Of a stretch of 64,000 bases of DNA, positions 26,183 to 39,035 are shown one piece after another. The translations under genes and the position numbers were made by a program. Origin of the DNA: Octopus vulgaris (Eukaryota); the NCBI GenBank assembly GCA_951406725.2, contig OX597821.1, positions 17,236,001 to 17,300,000 on the forward strand, given 5' to 3'. Numbering within the stretch: the stretch's first letter is position 1; the number at the start of each line of letters is the position of its first letter. A model generated the notes under the pieces. It was given only the letters and a program-made list of their open reading frames with translations. It did no database searches and was not told where the DNA came from.

Positions 26183-27106
26183 TGTATGTATGTATGTACG
26201 CCCGTTTGTTAGTTCGTTTGAATGTATGTGTATAGGAACACAGTATAGCTACATGAAGCTCTATATAGCTCTTTAAATATATGTTTCTGACTTAGTCTTG
26301 AAGGGTATTTGACCGCGTCTTGATTTATTTCATGTCCTCTTTCAATCCTGTCGAACTTTATTTTATTCTCATACTTCCAACGTTCTAACATTTTCTTACT
26401 TTGTTCATTTACTTTTCTGTTTACAACATTTTTAATCCCCCCATCCCCCCCTTTTCCTTTCCTTCTTTCTTTCTTTTTTTCTACCTCGATATTCTTCTTA
26501 TTTCTCCTTTTACTTTTAGCATTTTTTTTGTCCATAGAATTTCTCATAATTCATCAGAAAATTTCTTATGCAAATACTTCGTTACGTATATTTTTGTAAC
26601 AGGCCTATTTCCCTGCTTCTATAATCTCTCTTCCTTACTTTCCTCTCCACATTCTCTCTCTCCCTCATTCTAGCTTTCTTCTGAAATCTTGAAGACATTT
26701 GCTAGTGAGTTTGCTTCGTGTGGTGTAATTGTCCCTGAGTTCGTTCCCCATAATTCCTATTCTTCAAAGCTTGTATAACAAAGACACACCTACATTGTTG
26801 AAACGATGGAAGGTCTCACTACTGAATACATAAAGTCGCTAGAGAAGCAATCTATTCCTGTCTATTTTGATACCTTATTAAGTGAGGGATGCGGACATGA
26901 CTATTGACGGGATTCATATTTTTAGCCAGAATGTACTCTTGTAATGCAAAGAACCAGAACTGATACAAAAAATGCAAATCATTTGATGTTGTAAAATTTC
27001 TACCAGCTCACCAGAGTTAACGGGTACTTTATGTATCATAAGAATGAAATACAAAATTGACTTCGGCACTGTAATGACTCTGAAAAGTAAATCAAAGTTT
27101 CCTATA

Positions 27107-28357
27107 CGCGGATAGGCTGAAAACGTCCATAGTCTGACCGTGTAAGAATGATGCTAGAGCAGTGAAACCACGCATGCATTACCTTCAACCCTTGATATTG
27201 ATAACTGAATTGCTTTCCCAAGTAAACTGACATTTGACTGTTTAAATAACAGTTTAAATGTAACTAGTAGCGACCTTACTTGAAAATAAATAAAATTAGG
27301 TACCGTCCGTTATCAATTATCTATAAAAAAAAAGGCTTTAGCCCCCAAGCACGTTCATGTTGACATGGTCAGTACAATAGATGACGATCAAGATTTATCA
27401 ACAGTGGAAAACGGGCAGCTGAGGGGAAGGGAGAGTCTTGTAGCTGACTCAAGGTCTGGAAGTCCTGCAACTGCCACCACCGAGGAAAATATTGATTGTA
27501 TTCACCATATGGTGATGGATAACAAGCGACTGACTATAGATCAAATACCTAATGTTATTAGCATTTCATGTGAGAGAATTGAGAATATTCTACACAATGA
27601 ACATGGCATGACGAAGGTTTCTGCTCGTTGGGCACCATGTCTTGTGACACCTGATCAAAAGAGCCCTAGTCTAATCAATTCACTGGAATATCTGATATTG
27701 TTTGGCTGATTTCCTTGAGCGTTTCCTAACCCAGGATGAGTGTGGGTGTTCATCCCTTTGAACCAGATACAAAGAGACAATCCATATAGTGGAAACTACC
27801 TCCCACAGCTGCTCCAAAGAAGGTCATGTCGTTTTATCTGCCTCAGTTTTGGGAGATGCTGAAGGTTTTGTGTTTATTGATTATTTTCAAAAGGGCCACA
27901 CATTCAATGGAGAATGCTATGCAAATTTTCTGAGGCAGTTAGGAAAAGTTATGAAGACCAAATGCCCAAGAAATCTGATGGAAAAGGTCATGTTTCATCA
28001 AGACAATGCTGCAGTACACATGTCCCTATTTCGAATGGCTACAATGGCTAACAGTGGCTTTGAACTAGTTCATCATCCTCCCTATGCTCCTATTTTGGCC
28101 CCTCTGACTATCATCTATTTCCCAACTTTAAAAAATACTTGGCTGGGTACCAGAATCGCAGTGACGATGACGTCATATCTGCTGATGACTAATTTGACAA
28201 GATGAAACCTTTTTCTCTAATGAGATCCAAGACACTGCAACACCGATGGAAAAAATGTGTGGACTTCAAGGGGCCCTGTGTTCAAAAAATAAACCTCATT
28301 TGACCACATTGCATTAGAGTATCTTGGTCAGCCTATGAGCTTTTCAGCCGACCCTCG
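27107..28357 (+). mobile_element. Full-length decayed mariner transposon (~1.25 kb)
   Basis: TIRs cgcggataggctgaaaacgtccatagtctgacc / ggtcagcctatgagcttttcagccgaccctcg. Transposase motifs RSGSP, KVSARWAPCL (WVPxxL), TQDE, FHQDNA and HPPYAPILAP, with frameshifts. Confidence 0.92.
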
Positions 28358-29524
28358 CATTTTCTGACAGTGTGAAAGTATGCTAGTTATTCTGTACTTC
28401 TCCCATCCATATCAATTCTATTCAGAATTTTGCATCCGTCTAAAGCAACGGATCTCGGTTTTTATGCCTCGCGATATCTTTTAATCAACTAATTTGGCAT
28501 AGTGGATTATTGTTCAAATTTTCTTATAGTGTCACATCCGGTATGCGTTGTTTACTTGATATTTACGTAAAGAATACCAATTTTGTTAAATTTTTATGGA
28601 AATTACTATAAAAGAAAAACTAAGATAAAGATATTATATTGGACCTTCATGAATTATCAATCATGTTTCTTTTTATTACTGATAACATAATGTCCCATTC
28701 ATGTATTAATTCCGACAAAATATCCTTAAAATACATCTTATTTCTAACATAAATTATCACCCTTATAAAAACTTAACATGGTCTATAAAACCGCTTTGAT
28801 ATTTACCGTCTTCTTTTGAGCCCACAAAGTACCTAAATAGGGCACTAGTAAAGAACCAGTCATCTAAAGCCGCTTCAGCTTGCTCTAAAATATCTTCCTT
28901 CGTCCAATACAGTCGCTGGTACATGTACAGAACCGAGATGTTTTATCTTTTTAATATTTAGTTATATATTCATTTTGAAAACCAGCATTATTGTACATAT
29001 TACTCACCTTAGTCCGTCAACCTATTAATATCTCTGTCTCGAGCTTTACGTACTTCAATCCAAAGAATGAAATTCAAAGTTGACCTCGACAAGATTTCAA
29101 CTAGAACAAATGCCTTAATAAACTTTAACCACCACTGTAACGATTCTGGAAAAAGGAAATAATAAAGATCCTACACTTTCTTACGGTGTGAAAGTGTGGT
29201 TATTTTGTACTTCTCTCCCGTCACTTACATTTAGTATGCTTAAGTTTAACATAGAACAAGATCCTCCAAAGCATTTGTTCTCATCTTTCATAGCTCAGCA
29301 ACAACTTTCAAACAGTTAGGATACGTATTCTAAATGTATTCTAAATTCTCAGTTCAACCTAAATTAACAGTTCATCTATGACCATTACGTAAAGAACAGA
29401 AATCAATTATCCACATTTGAACTTTATGAATAAGTTCTTAAAAACTATTGAAAAGCTCGTCGAAAGATATTGCTATTCTTTGAATCGTATAGCTCGAAGG
29501 AAAAATTTCCAAAATATATTGAAT

Positions 29525-29715
29525 TCAAATTTTGGCACAAGGCCTGCAATTTTAGAGTAGATGGTAAGTCGATTACATTGGCCCCTATATTCAACTGGTA
29601 CTTACTTCATCGAACCGAAATGGTGAAAAGGCAAAGATGACATCGACGAAATTTTAATTCTTAATGTCGCTAATATTTTGCCTGACATGCTTAACGATTC
29701 TGCCAGCTCGCTACT
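29525..29715 (-). mobile_element. Degraded SINE family C
   Basis: ttttggcacaaggcc...aactggtacttacttcatcga...aacgattctgccagctcgc. Confidence 0.7.
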
Positions 29716-30039
29716 TTAAGCGTCAGAAATATATAATAAAATAATCGTTATGTGAACTCTAAAAGACTTCATAACGAATTCAAAGTTCAGAAAGATTTCA
29801 GTTACTCTTGATTTTTGAGTATGTAGTGTTGGTTTTCATTTTTTATACTTCTTGCCTTATTCTATAGATCTGAAAGACCTATCGAACTTTTCAAAGACCT
29901 TTATATCGCCTTACCTACCTCAGAATACAATGTTTTCTTCCCTTTTTTGACAGCAACATATATTTATGTTAGTTGTAACGTTTTATCTCCATTCCCATTT
30001 GGTCGCCATGAATCTCAACATTTTAATTTCCGCTAATAT

Positions 30040-30234
30040 CTTCGATGAGGTGCTGAAAGGTCCCTGGTTGGAGGCCCGACCTTCTAAGTTCTTTTATAGG
30101 GCTTAGAGAAATTGAGGGACCTCTGCAAGAAGTGTGTGAATCCGAGAGGGGAATATGATGAATAAAATTATGAATAACTGATCCTCCTGTATTTCCTTTT
30201 TATCCAAAGCTAGGAACTTTTGAACACTCCCTCC
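30040..30234 (+). mobile_element. Mariner 3'-end fragment
   Basis: aagtgtgtgaatccgagaggggaatat (KCVxxxGEY) followed by TIR-like ggaacttttgaacactccctc. Confidence 0.6.
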
Positions 30235-31819
30235 TATTGTTTTGCTTATAAAGCTCCCAGTTATATATATTTCCTTTTACAAGCAAACCTCAGCTTACAT
30301 TGCTTCGAGATTCTTCCTTTTCTAAATACGTCGTATTCTAAAGAAAATATTGGAAAAATATACTTCAATTTCTGTCAATTTATCCCACTTCACTTCGGAA
30401 CAACAAATATATTTAAACGCATAAAAGCTTTAAAAACACCTAAAATCCAATACTGAAGTGGAGATCAAATAAAATACATGCGAAAATATGTACAAACCAT
30501 TTATTAATGCATACATACGCTAATATTATTCTTTTAAAATGTTTTATCGTGTTACGATATCTTTCAAGTTATATCGCATGTCTTGTTGGAACCAGTTACT
30601 GACGTAAGTTGAGGTATGCCTGTATAGTGTCGCTTTACATTCATCTATATCTCCTTTTATTTCTATGTAAGCAATCAAGTACGTTGGGTAGGTGGGACAG
30701 ATTATAATGGAATAATTTGCTTACGATCTGAAAACTGATTCAATGCCACAATTCATATTGTATCCCTCTATATGCAACTCTGCCACAACTAATCTTTGTA
30801 ATTATCACAATATACAGATTTGTAATTTATAAACAAGAATATAACAAACACACTTCCGTTATATGATAGTCATTTTTTTATTATTGTTGTTCTGTCTTTG
30901 TTTTTGGCTTCCAAACTAAAATAATCGCGCCTCCCCCCTCTCTCTCTCTCTCTCTCTCTCTTTCTGCATTAAGTTATCATCGCAATAAATCAATTTCCAT
31001 TATATTAACTTCGTTTTGTCTTATTTCCAACAGTTTATCATTTCTTTATTTTTTTTTTATATCGATAGAACGTGTTTTTCTCTTCCTGTCACCTAGACTA
31101 GATTAGTTATTATCTTCCTTTAATAATAACAGACATATATTTCAAAACATTTTCCAGACGATAGAAATTATGTTTTGAGGAACGTTTTTTTTTTTGTTCA
31201 GAGTTATTTTTTATTGTTGCTTTTGCTTGGTTTTTTGTAGAGCACGATGATAGTAATGGTGTTTGTGTAGAAATAGCAGTAGTATGAGTTACAGTGAGAG
31301 GAGAAGTGGATATATTTTATGAAAATTATACAATTAAAACCTACGAAAAATATCTGATGTTATAAAATAAATCATTTAAGAAATGGAGTACACAAAGAAA
31401 ATACCATAAAAATACGAATGTACTGTCGAGACATTGAAAACAACCATTTGTATTTAATAACTCCACCGTAACTCTATGCAAGATACAACAAATGCATCAA
31501 ATAATTCTATTTCTGCTTACTTCTGTTAGCCATCATCACATTTTGAACTTCGATTAAGTCCCCGCACAATGTTAAAGAAAGTGAATGCAGTCATCAGTCT
31601 TTTAACCTTTTCAAAAAGTGTAAATCAGCATCTCACTTTTATGTACACTAGTGAGTCTCTGAACTTAGATTTGTTATTCCTTATGTAAGAGGTATATTCT
31701 CTGTAAAAAAATTTTCTTAATAAGATTATACAATGATATTCCATCTAAGAGAAAACAAAGTGGTGAAGCAATGGCCGTAAAGAAAAACCTTTAAGTCAAG
31801 ACTATTCTTCATCTTGTAT

Positions 31820-32208
31820 GTGGAGGCGCAATGGCTCAGTGGTTAAGGCAGCGGACTCGCGGTCATAGGATCGCGGTTTCGATTCCCAGACCGGGCGTTG
31901 TGAGTGTTTATTGAGCGAAAACACCTAAAAGCTCCACGAGGCTCCGGCAGGGGATGGTGGTAATCCCTGCTGTACTCTTTCACCACAACTTTCTCTCACT
32001 CTTACTTCCTGTTTCTGTTGTACCTGTATTTCAAAGGGCCGGCCTTGTCACTCACTGTGTCACGCTGAATATCCCCGAGAACTACGTTAAGGGTGCACGT
32101 GTCTGTGGAGTGCTCAGCCAATTACACGTTAATTTCACGAGCAGGCTGTTCCGTTGATTCGGATCAACCGGAACCCTCATCGTCGTAACCGACGGAGTGC
32201 TTCCATCC
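31820..32208 (+). mobile_element. Full-length SINE family A
   Basis: A and B boxes present; 16-bp TSD attcttcatcttgtat at 31804-31819 and 32209-32224. Confidence 0.95.
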
Positions 32209-32265
32209 ATTCTTCATCTTGTATTACTGTTGTTAGCAGAATCCCTTCAGTGACAATCTAAAGCC

Positions 32266-32436
32266 AGGTATGGACAACGTTTTTCGAGAAGCGGGCCGCA
32301 TGAGACTTAATTCATCATCATGTTCTTCGAACTATAATTTATCATCATGCTGTTCACACTACTAAAAACATCCAAGTTTATTTTTCGTTAGGCGTACCAC
32401 TTAAAAAATACCATGGGCCGCAATTTGCCCATGGCT
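32266..32436. mobile_element. hAT-like MITE
   Basis: Imperfect TIRs caggtatggacaa / ttgcccatggct with subterminal gggccgca motifs at both ends. Confidence 0.55.
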
Positions 32437-33336
32437 CAAACTTCACCAGACCAATATGTTGGTTTGAAACCCAAGAAAAGGATGGAAATTAAATGGAAAA
32501 GTACTGAACTGGCTTAAATGCGATAAATAATTTTATAATTTATAGTTCTGAAATCGAATTGTATCTTGAAAGTTAATCAATCCGATGACTGAGAGAAACA
32601 TTACTTGGTTATAAACGTTTCCTCATGAATTATTTCAGTTGAAATGCTTTAACAAGAAGATTGATTTACGGAGAATTTCATGAATCGTTGGTGTATCATG
32701 TGGTTAATAGAAGGATAATTGTATTAGAGCAATGTTGTGATAAGTGATCAAATTATCAGCAGCATACTTCAACTTAGAATTATATCTGTTATTAAATTTA
32801 CGTTTCTGTGGTAAGCTGACAAGTATTACAGCAACCATTCGAAACGCTTCTAATGTCTAGGAACTTGATTCCATGATTTTAGAAGAGTAGACAAATGTTT
32901 GATGCAACGTTCAAGTCTTTCAAAACCCATTCAAGCGTCTTAACAGCGTCTTTAGATACTCAAAAACACAAATCCTGCTCTACAACGAATTAGATATGTC
33001 CCATGTTATGAAACTCATGGTTAAATATATTGGCTTATATTAAGCTTTGATCTACAGTCAGAGATGTGTGATAAGTTGTGTCAGATTTTACAAGGTACAA
33101 AATCGTATTACTTACGGGATCTGAATTACTGATTCTCAAATCGAATCAGCTATTACGACGAATTGAAATTGAAACAGATATCTGTCAAAGCATAATTTTT
33201 GTATCGTAATTCTTTTACGAATAGAGGGAAATACACACTGTGCCAAAGATATATATATATACTCACACACTCACACACACTCACATACACACACTCACGC
33301 ATACACACACATACATAACATACATATATATATATC

Positions 33337-33511
33337 ACCTTCGAAACGTAGAGTAGATGAAACCATGGCGACTGAAGAAGGGGTTTTTTCCTTGTGTTAT
33401 TTGTCCTGTACCCTATTTTTTTGTTGTTTAAGAAAAATGTCCAGTTCCTTGGGTTTGTGTCTATGTTTTCGTTTCTCATTGTGTTCGACATTTTTTTGGT
33501 GTCCTGTACTC
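33337..33511 (+). mobile_element. Short T-rich element in a TA/CA microsatellite, starting with a hammerhead 3' half
   Basis: Begins ccttcGAAACGTAgag immediately after (TA)n and ends at (TA)n. Confidence 0.4.
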
Positions 33512-33652
33512 ATATATGCGTGTATATATACATGTAGAGGTAGGTACGTACATATATGTATATATATATGCATATGTTTTATTTTTTGATATATTATATA
33601 TATATATGCCTGCATACATATATATATATATATATATATGTGTGTGTACATA

Positions 33653-35050
33653 CCCTGATGCGCACAACTGTTGGTACCCTTGTCAAAGGTGGGTTTTTAT
33701 TGAATTTCTCCCTAAAATTAGCGTCTACATAAATAATGTTTGATCAATGTAGGCACATATGCTTAAGGAATATGAAACAAAGGTTAAATTTACAAAGCCA
33801 TTTATTTTTTACAAGCAAAACAGTAAAGCAAAATAATGAGATGGCTCAAAATTATTGGTAGCTCTACACCATTCAATGATTGATGATCAGCAGTGTATCC
33901 TTTATGCTTAATAACTCCCTTCAATCTGCGATGACAATTTTCATTTACCTTCAGAAGGAATTTTATCCTTTTCTTCAATCATATATTCTTCCAGTTACTT
34001 CAAATCACATTGCCTTCTTGCGGTCACGCTTTTCTTTAGTACCATAAATTTTCTATTGGATTTAACACAAGACTTTGAGCTGGCCAAGAAAGTACATCTA
34101 TCTTGTTTTCTTTCAACCAATCTTGGATTAAAGGTGAGGTATACTTGGGATCATTGGGATCTTCCCTGATGATCCAACGGCTTCTAATCCCGGCTGCTTT
34201 GTAAAAGGGTTCAGGTTTTTCATTCAAAATTTCGACACAATTTTCTGTTTCCATCGTTCCTTCAATTCGAAATAAATTTTACAATGCCTTTAGCAGAAAA
34301 AGAACTCTACAGCATTATTATGCATCCTCCTTATTTGCAGGTAGAGAAGGTTTTCTTAAAATTGTAGACTTCTCTTTTCCTCCAAACAGTAGTCCTATCC
34401 TTGTGACCAAATATCTCGAATTTGGTTTCGTCACATCGCAGAATAGAGTGCCAAAAATGTTCAGGCTTCTTCGGAAAGTCCCTCGTAAGTTTCAAATTGG
34501 CATTTAAGTGCTTCTTCTTCTCCAACAATGGCTTCTTCTAGGGACGGCATGCCTTCAAGCTATCCCTTTTCAGATTTCGAGTAACCGTTGATCTTGGAGC
34601 ATGAACACAGATAGCTGTCAAACTGGCTTTCTTCGCTGTAGTTGTTATCTTAGGATCACTGTTCATCATTTTAATAAGCATCTTTTCATCTCGTTCTGCA
34701 AATAGTTTCTTTGCTATGCATTCAATCTTGTTCTCCAACAAACTGGTATCTCGATACTTTAGGATTATGTTGCGAACAGTTGATATAACTATATTGAAAT
34801 TCTTAGATATTGTCTTATAACCATCTACAGCTGCGTGAGCTGTAGTCCTATCTTCTTCCTGAAGTCCATCTTCTTCCTTAAGTCAGAACTGTGCTCCTGC
34901 ACCTTCACCATGATGTCACAGATAAAAAAGTTTGTTGACCAAAAGAAGGTTGCAATAAGATTGTGCAAATGATGTCATGTAGCCATGCCCCGTGTTCTTC
35001 TAGAAGTTTCTGTGTGTGTATGCGTGTACAGTTTTAGTAAAGCATTTTTA
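33653..35050 (-). mobile_element. Decayed Tc1-like (DD34E) transposon
   Basis: FWHSILRCDETKFEIFG, DPNDPKYTS, WPAQSLVLNPIENLW; start MVKVQEHSSDLRKK near 34911; terminal and inner direct-repeat motifs (aactgttggtaccc, aaattattggtagc). Right end uncertain. Confidence 0.88.
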
Positions 35051-36004
35051 TTTGCTTTATAAGAACTCGTTTTTGATGGGGCGGGGCAAGTGTACAAAGA
35101 TGTACTCTGAGAAGCTCTTCGTCAACTAGCAACAGCTGCCTGAAATAAGTATCAAAAATGCTTGATTAAATTATAATCACTAATTAATGATTAAGTAGTT
35201 ACCAGTAAAACAGAGTGGGAAGGTGGGACTTTTAGACAGCGGTAACTGTTCCAGTTCTTTGTGTTGTAACAGCAACGACTGCTGCTGTGTTCCAACCAAG
35301 CTGCAACAGATATACTCTTGGACAAACAATATCCATGCTGCAGAGGGGAAAACTTTCATACATGTTTAACGCTGATTGTCTTCTCTTCAAAAAGAAAACT
35401 TTCCCAGACTCTTTGACTTGAAGAGAAAATTTTCAAATGTAAATCCATCATATCATTTGCCAAATGCCGGGCCCGAATATAATCATGATTTTATTATATT
35501 ATAGAAAAAAACTCTGTAATTTGGTGTATCTTTTTCGGACGTAAATTTGATTGGTAGCCAGATATTACATGGCAGATCTGCCAGACAATATTGATAAGAT
35601 AATGTCTTAATATCACATGAAGTATTAATGCATATTTTCCGAGAGAAAAATATTGCCTTTTTTATACTTGTCAGAGACAATTATTCCCCGTCTTTCTTTT
35701 CTCTTTTATGTAGTATTTGTCGTTTCTCTTTTTATTTCCTACTTAAATTTAGAGCATAGCAATGTTTATCCTTCCGGAAAATCAAACCTAAATGAACTCT
35801 GGTGTGACTAAAATTTCTTCCGGCTTCGAGTTCCAAATGACGCCGAGTGTCTCCAAATATTAGTTTATCAAAGAATTAAGTATTTCTTTTTATAGCCGAT
35901 CTCTGATATATTAGGAATCTTAATAGTGTCTCATTACTTATAGAGGTACATTGAACTGATGAAATAAAATTAATGCTGGCACCTAGCATTGCTTTAATGT
36001 GTTA

Positions 36005-36077
<73 letters not shown>

Positions 36078-36332
36078 TTCACTATATTTATTCAATAAAG
36101 AAACGGTGAGTTTAATGTTACCCCACTACACACATATGCATACATAACACATATATATAAATATATGAATACAGTTCTATATTTAAGAGATGAGGAATTA
36201 TGTACATCATTTACATTATTTATATTTGACGGACATCTGTCCTCATCCTGTTTATTATTATACCCTCCAGCCGAAACGTTAACAACAAACAAGATGAGGA
36301 CAATATCCGCCAAATGTAAATAATGTAAATCA

Positions 36333-36739
36333 TCTATAAATATATGAATATATATATATTATATATAAAATCCGTTCTATCTGTCTGTGTGTGTGTCATC
36401 AAGGATCTCGGGCATCCTCCATCCGATTGCGCTCAAATTTGATACGTAGATACCGACGGTATCAGGGCGTGTATGAATCCCTAAAGAGTTACAAAAATCG
36501 ATTCCAGGTGAGAATGCGATCGATAAAGCTGTGTGAAAAATGCACGCGAGAAAAATGCACGTGCAGTTTGCGCAAAAAAAGCCGGCCTGTTTGGTGTCTC
36601 AAATTTAGGTTAAATCAATGTTTCTCAAAGGGGAGGCCTATGGGACGAACGGACAAGCTGTTTTGAGAAAATTTGGTTTAGATATCTGACAAGACAATTC
36701 AGCACCGTCCATTGGACGTGGGGGCGTTTTGCTTCTGTG

Positions 36740-36740
<1 letters not shown>
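36333..36740 (+). mobile_element. Non-autonomous Helitron-like 5' fragment
   Basis: TC...atatataaaatccgttctatctgtctgtgtg...atccgattgcgctcaaatttg, typical of Helitron/HINE 5' ends. Confidence 0.55.
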
Positions 36741-36771
<31 letters not shown>

Positions 36772-36773
<2 letters not shown>

Positions 36774-37196
36774 AGTAAATGAAAGAATGGAGTCGAACGA
36801 CGATTTTAACAAAATTCCTTTACTCTCGACATATGTTTTGAAGACTGCATATTCTTAATTCCGAAGGAATAAAGGGTGCATTATGCCGCCTTCTCATCAG
36901 GAAAGACAAGGAACCTATGTCAGCATCATGACGAACAAAAACTGTTATTCCTTCGGTATTAAGATAATGCAGTCTTCGAAACATATGTCGAGAGTAAAGG
37001 AATTTTGTTAAAATCGTCGTTCGACTCCATTCTTTCATTTACTTAAAGTTAAAACAAACACACAAATTTCCATACGAGAACACTGGATTTCTGCCCTTGG
37101 CATGTAGCTTCAACCGTGTTTTCTGACGTTAATTTGCTACCCAGGTATCGGTTAACCGAATTATCCATACTAGGATAATTCATTCACCTACTTAAA
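36772..37196 (+). mobile_element. Non-coding PLE-derived insertion with 5' inversion (101-bp inverted arms) in (TA)n
   Basis: Arms 36772-36872 and 36945-37045 are near-perfect reverse complements; (TA)n on both sides; contains a hammerhead motif. Confidence 0.8.
36823..36905 (-). ncRNA. Type I hammerhead ribozyme with long stem II (G12A in this copy)
   Basis: Minus strand: cuuuc CUGAUGA GAAGGC...GUCUUC (a)AAAC auau GUC gagag. The plus-strand arm keeps GAAAC atat GTC gagag. Confidence 0.75.
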
Positions 37197-37799
37197 TATA
37201 TATATATATATATATATATACGCACGCACACACTCACACACACATACGCACACACACACAAACACGTGCGCGTAACTTTGGTTTTGATTGACCGTTTTCG
37301 TCGTTGGCCGACGGTATTGTTGTAAACAATATCTTATCCATCACTGCTGTACCTGGACTGCTTCTAAGAGCAAGAGCTTAGCCCCAGGTACACGAAGAAA
37401 ATATGTTCACAGCATGCATGGAGCCAGAGGGGATGCCAAATAGCAGTGAATTATAACAATACATACCTGCGGTATTGACCCTCCTTCTAGATTTTCTTTA
37501 GGAGTTTCCCTTCCCACCGCTTAGCCGTTTTTAAGTGTTCAATAAATTACCTGAAAAGGCATCAGGGGTTTATTATTATCGGAGGTATCTTTCATGCAGA
37601 ACCAGTCCCATGCTCTAATTCTTCCAACTAGTAATGGTCTAATGCAACAGATGCCCCGAATCCAGTAATTATCGACATGCAGTGTTGATGTAGAGTTACC
37701 TTCTCTCGGATGAATAGATAAAGAGCTGAAGGGCGTCGTCTACCCTAGGTCCATTAGAGTGTCTCTCAGTAACATTCTACAAGAGGGCAACTCCGTGAC

Positions 37800-37976
37800 A
37801 CAGATTAAGTCGATTATATCGACCCCAGTATGTAACTGGTACTTATTTAATAGACTCCGAAAGGATGAAAAGCAAAGTCGACCTCGGCGGAACTTGAATT
37901 CAGAACGTAATGACAGACGAAATACCGCTATGCATTTCGCCCGGTGTGCTAACGTTTCTGCTAGCTCACCGCCTTA
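37800..37976 (-). mobile_element. SINE family C
   Basis: gattaagtcgattatatcgaccccag...ccgaaaggatgaaaagcaaagtcgacctcggcgg...ctagctcaccgcctt. Confidence 0.85.
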
Positions 37977-37979
37977 TAA

Positions 37980-38288
37980 AAAAAATATTAAATACGTCTA
38001 ATACAATAATTGTATATATTTTTACATATAAAAAGGTCCGACTCACAGAGAATTGAAATGATATCAGGAATTGAAGGGGATGAATAAGAGTTTAACTCGA
38101 CCAACAGTTATTTGGGGGCAGCTGTTGGTCCGAAATAATGATTGTAAATTGATTCCATCATCGGATAATACCAGCCCCTGTCTTCGACCCCTTTAATTCT
38201 TGATATCATTTCTATTCTGTGTAAGTCGGACTTTTTCATAAGTAAGAACATATTCAATTTTTTATATTAAACGTATTTAATATTTTTT
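37980..38288. repeat. Foldback element with ~110-bp diverged inverted arms and an internal hairpin
   Basis: aaaaaatattaaatacg...atatcaggaattgaagggg versus cccctttaattcttgatatc...cgtatttaatatttttt; spacer hairpin gaccaacagt/gctgttggtc. Confidence 0.8.
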
Positions 38289-38394
38289 GTATATCGACTT
38301 ACCTAACTTGTTCATACTTACATTTACTCTATCAGCTCAAGTTTAAATCGCTTGAGTACTACGAAGTGTATTCTAAACAGAGAATATCTGCCTC

Positions 38395-38577
38395 TCATCT
38401 ATAAGCTTTCTCTCCTTGTTTCTCTCCTTGTATCTTTTCTGTGTATCTTTCTGTTGAAGAGCGTAGGCTCGAAACGTAAAAGACTTGTTTTATTTCTATT
38501 CCTGAGCGCCATACTAATGCAATTGTTTTTTGTACTCCACCTGCCTTCGTCTTTTGTTTATTTTCGTAAGCTTCCCG

Positions 38578-38579
<2 letters not shown>
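38395..38579 (+). mobile_element. Short non-coding PLE-derived element with hammerhead motif (38446-38483), ending at (TA)n
   Basis: tcttt CTGTTGA a GAGC gtag GCTC GAAAC GTA aaaga; second copy at 14834-14933 and a relative at 6285-6455. Confidence 0.7.
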
Positions 38580-38622
<43 letters not shown>

Positions 38623-38623
<1 letters not shown>

Positions 38624-38723
38624 GAGGGGTGTATGAAAAGTTTTGAGCCTTGAAGTCTTGTACCTTTATCAGAAGTCTTGTACCAGGTTTTTTTGGGTTT
38701 TAAAACTTTTCACACACGCCTCG
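38623..38723. mobile_element. 101-bp mariner-derived MITE in a TA/CA microsatellite
   Basis: TIRs cgaggggtgtatgaaaagtttt / aaaacttttcacacacgcctcg; internal duplication of gaagtcttgtacc. Confidence 0.8.
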
Positions 38724-38786
<63 letters not shown>

Positions 38787-38842
38787 TCACTCACAGACAC
38801 GCACACTAAACATCCGGAACAATTTATATATCTGTATCAAGT

Positions 38843-39035
38843 AAAGGCGGCGCGCTGGTAGATTCGCTGGTAGGTGCGGGGATGCTTATTGGCATTTCGT
38901 CTGTCTTTACGTTCTGAATTCAAATTCGCCGAGGTCAATTTTACCTTTCATCTTTTTGAAGTCGATAAAATTAGTACCACTTCCCTTCATGCCCTACCAG
39001 GAAATTACTGGCCTTGTGTCAAAATTTGAAACTAG
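38843..39035 (+). mobile_element. SINE family C
   Basis: aaggcggcgcgctggtagattcg...gaggtcaattttacctttcatctttttgaagtcgataaaattagtacc. Confidence 0.75.

Noticed and set aside
31820-31895. tRNA gene (also at 3875-3949, 53343 and 55961)
   Set aside because: These are SINE heads with A/B boxes that continue into a shared body flanked by TSDs; no proper acceptor stem or terminator.
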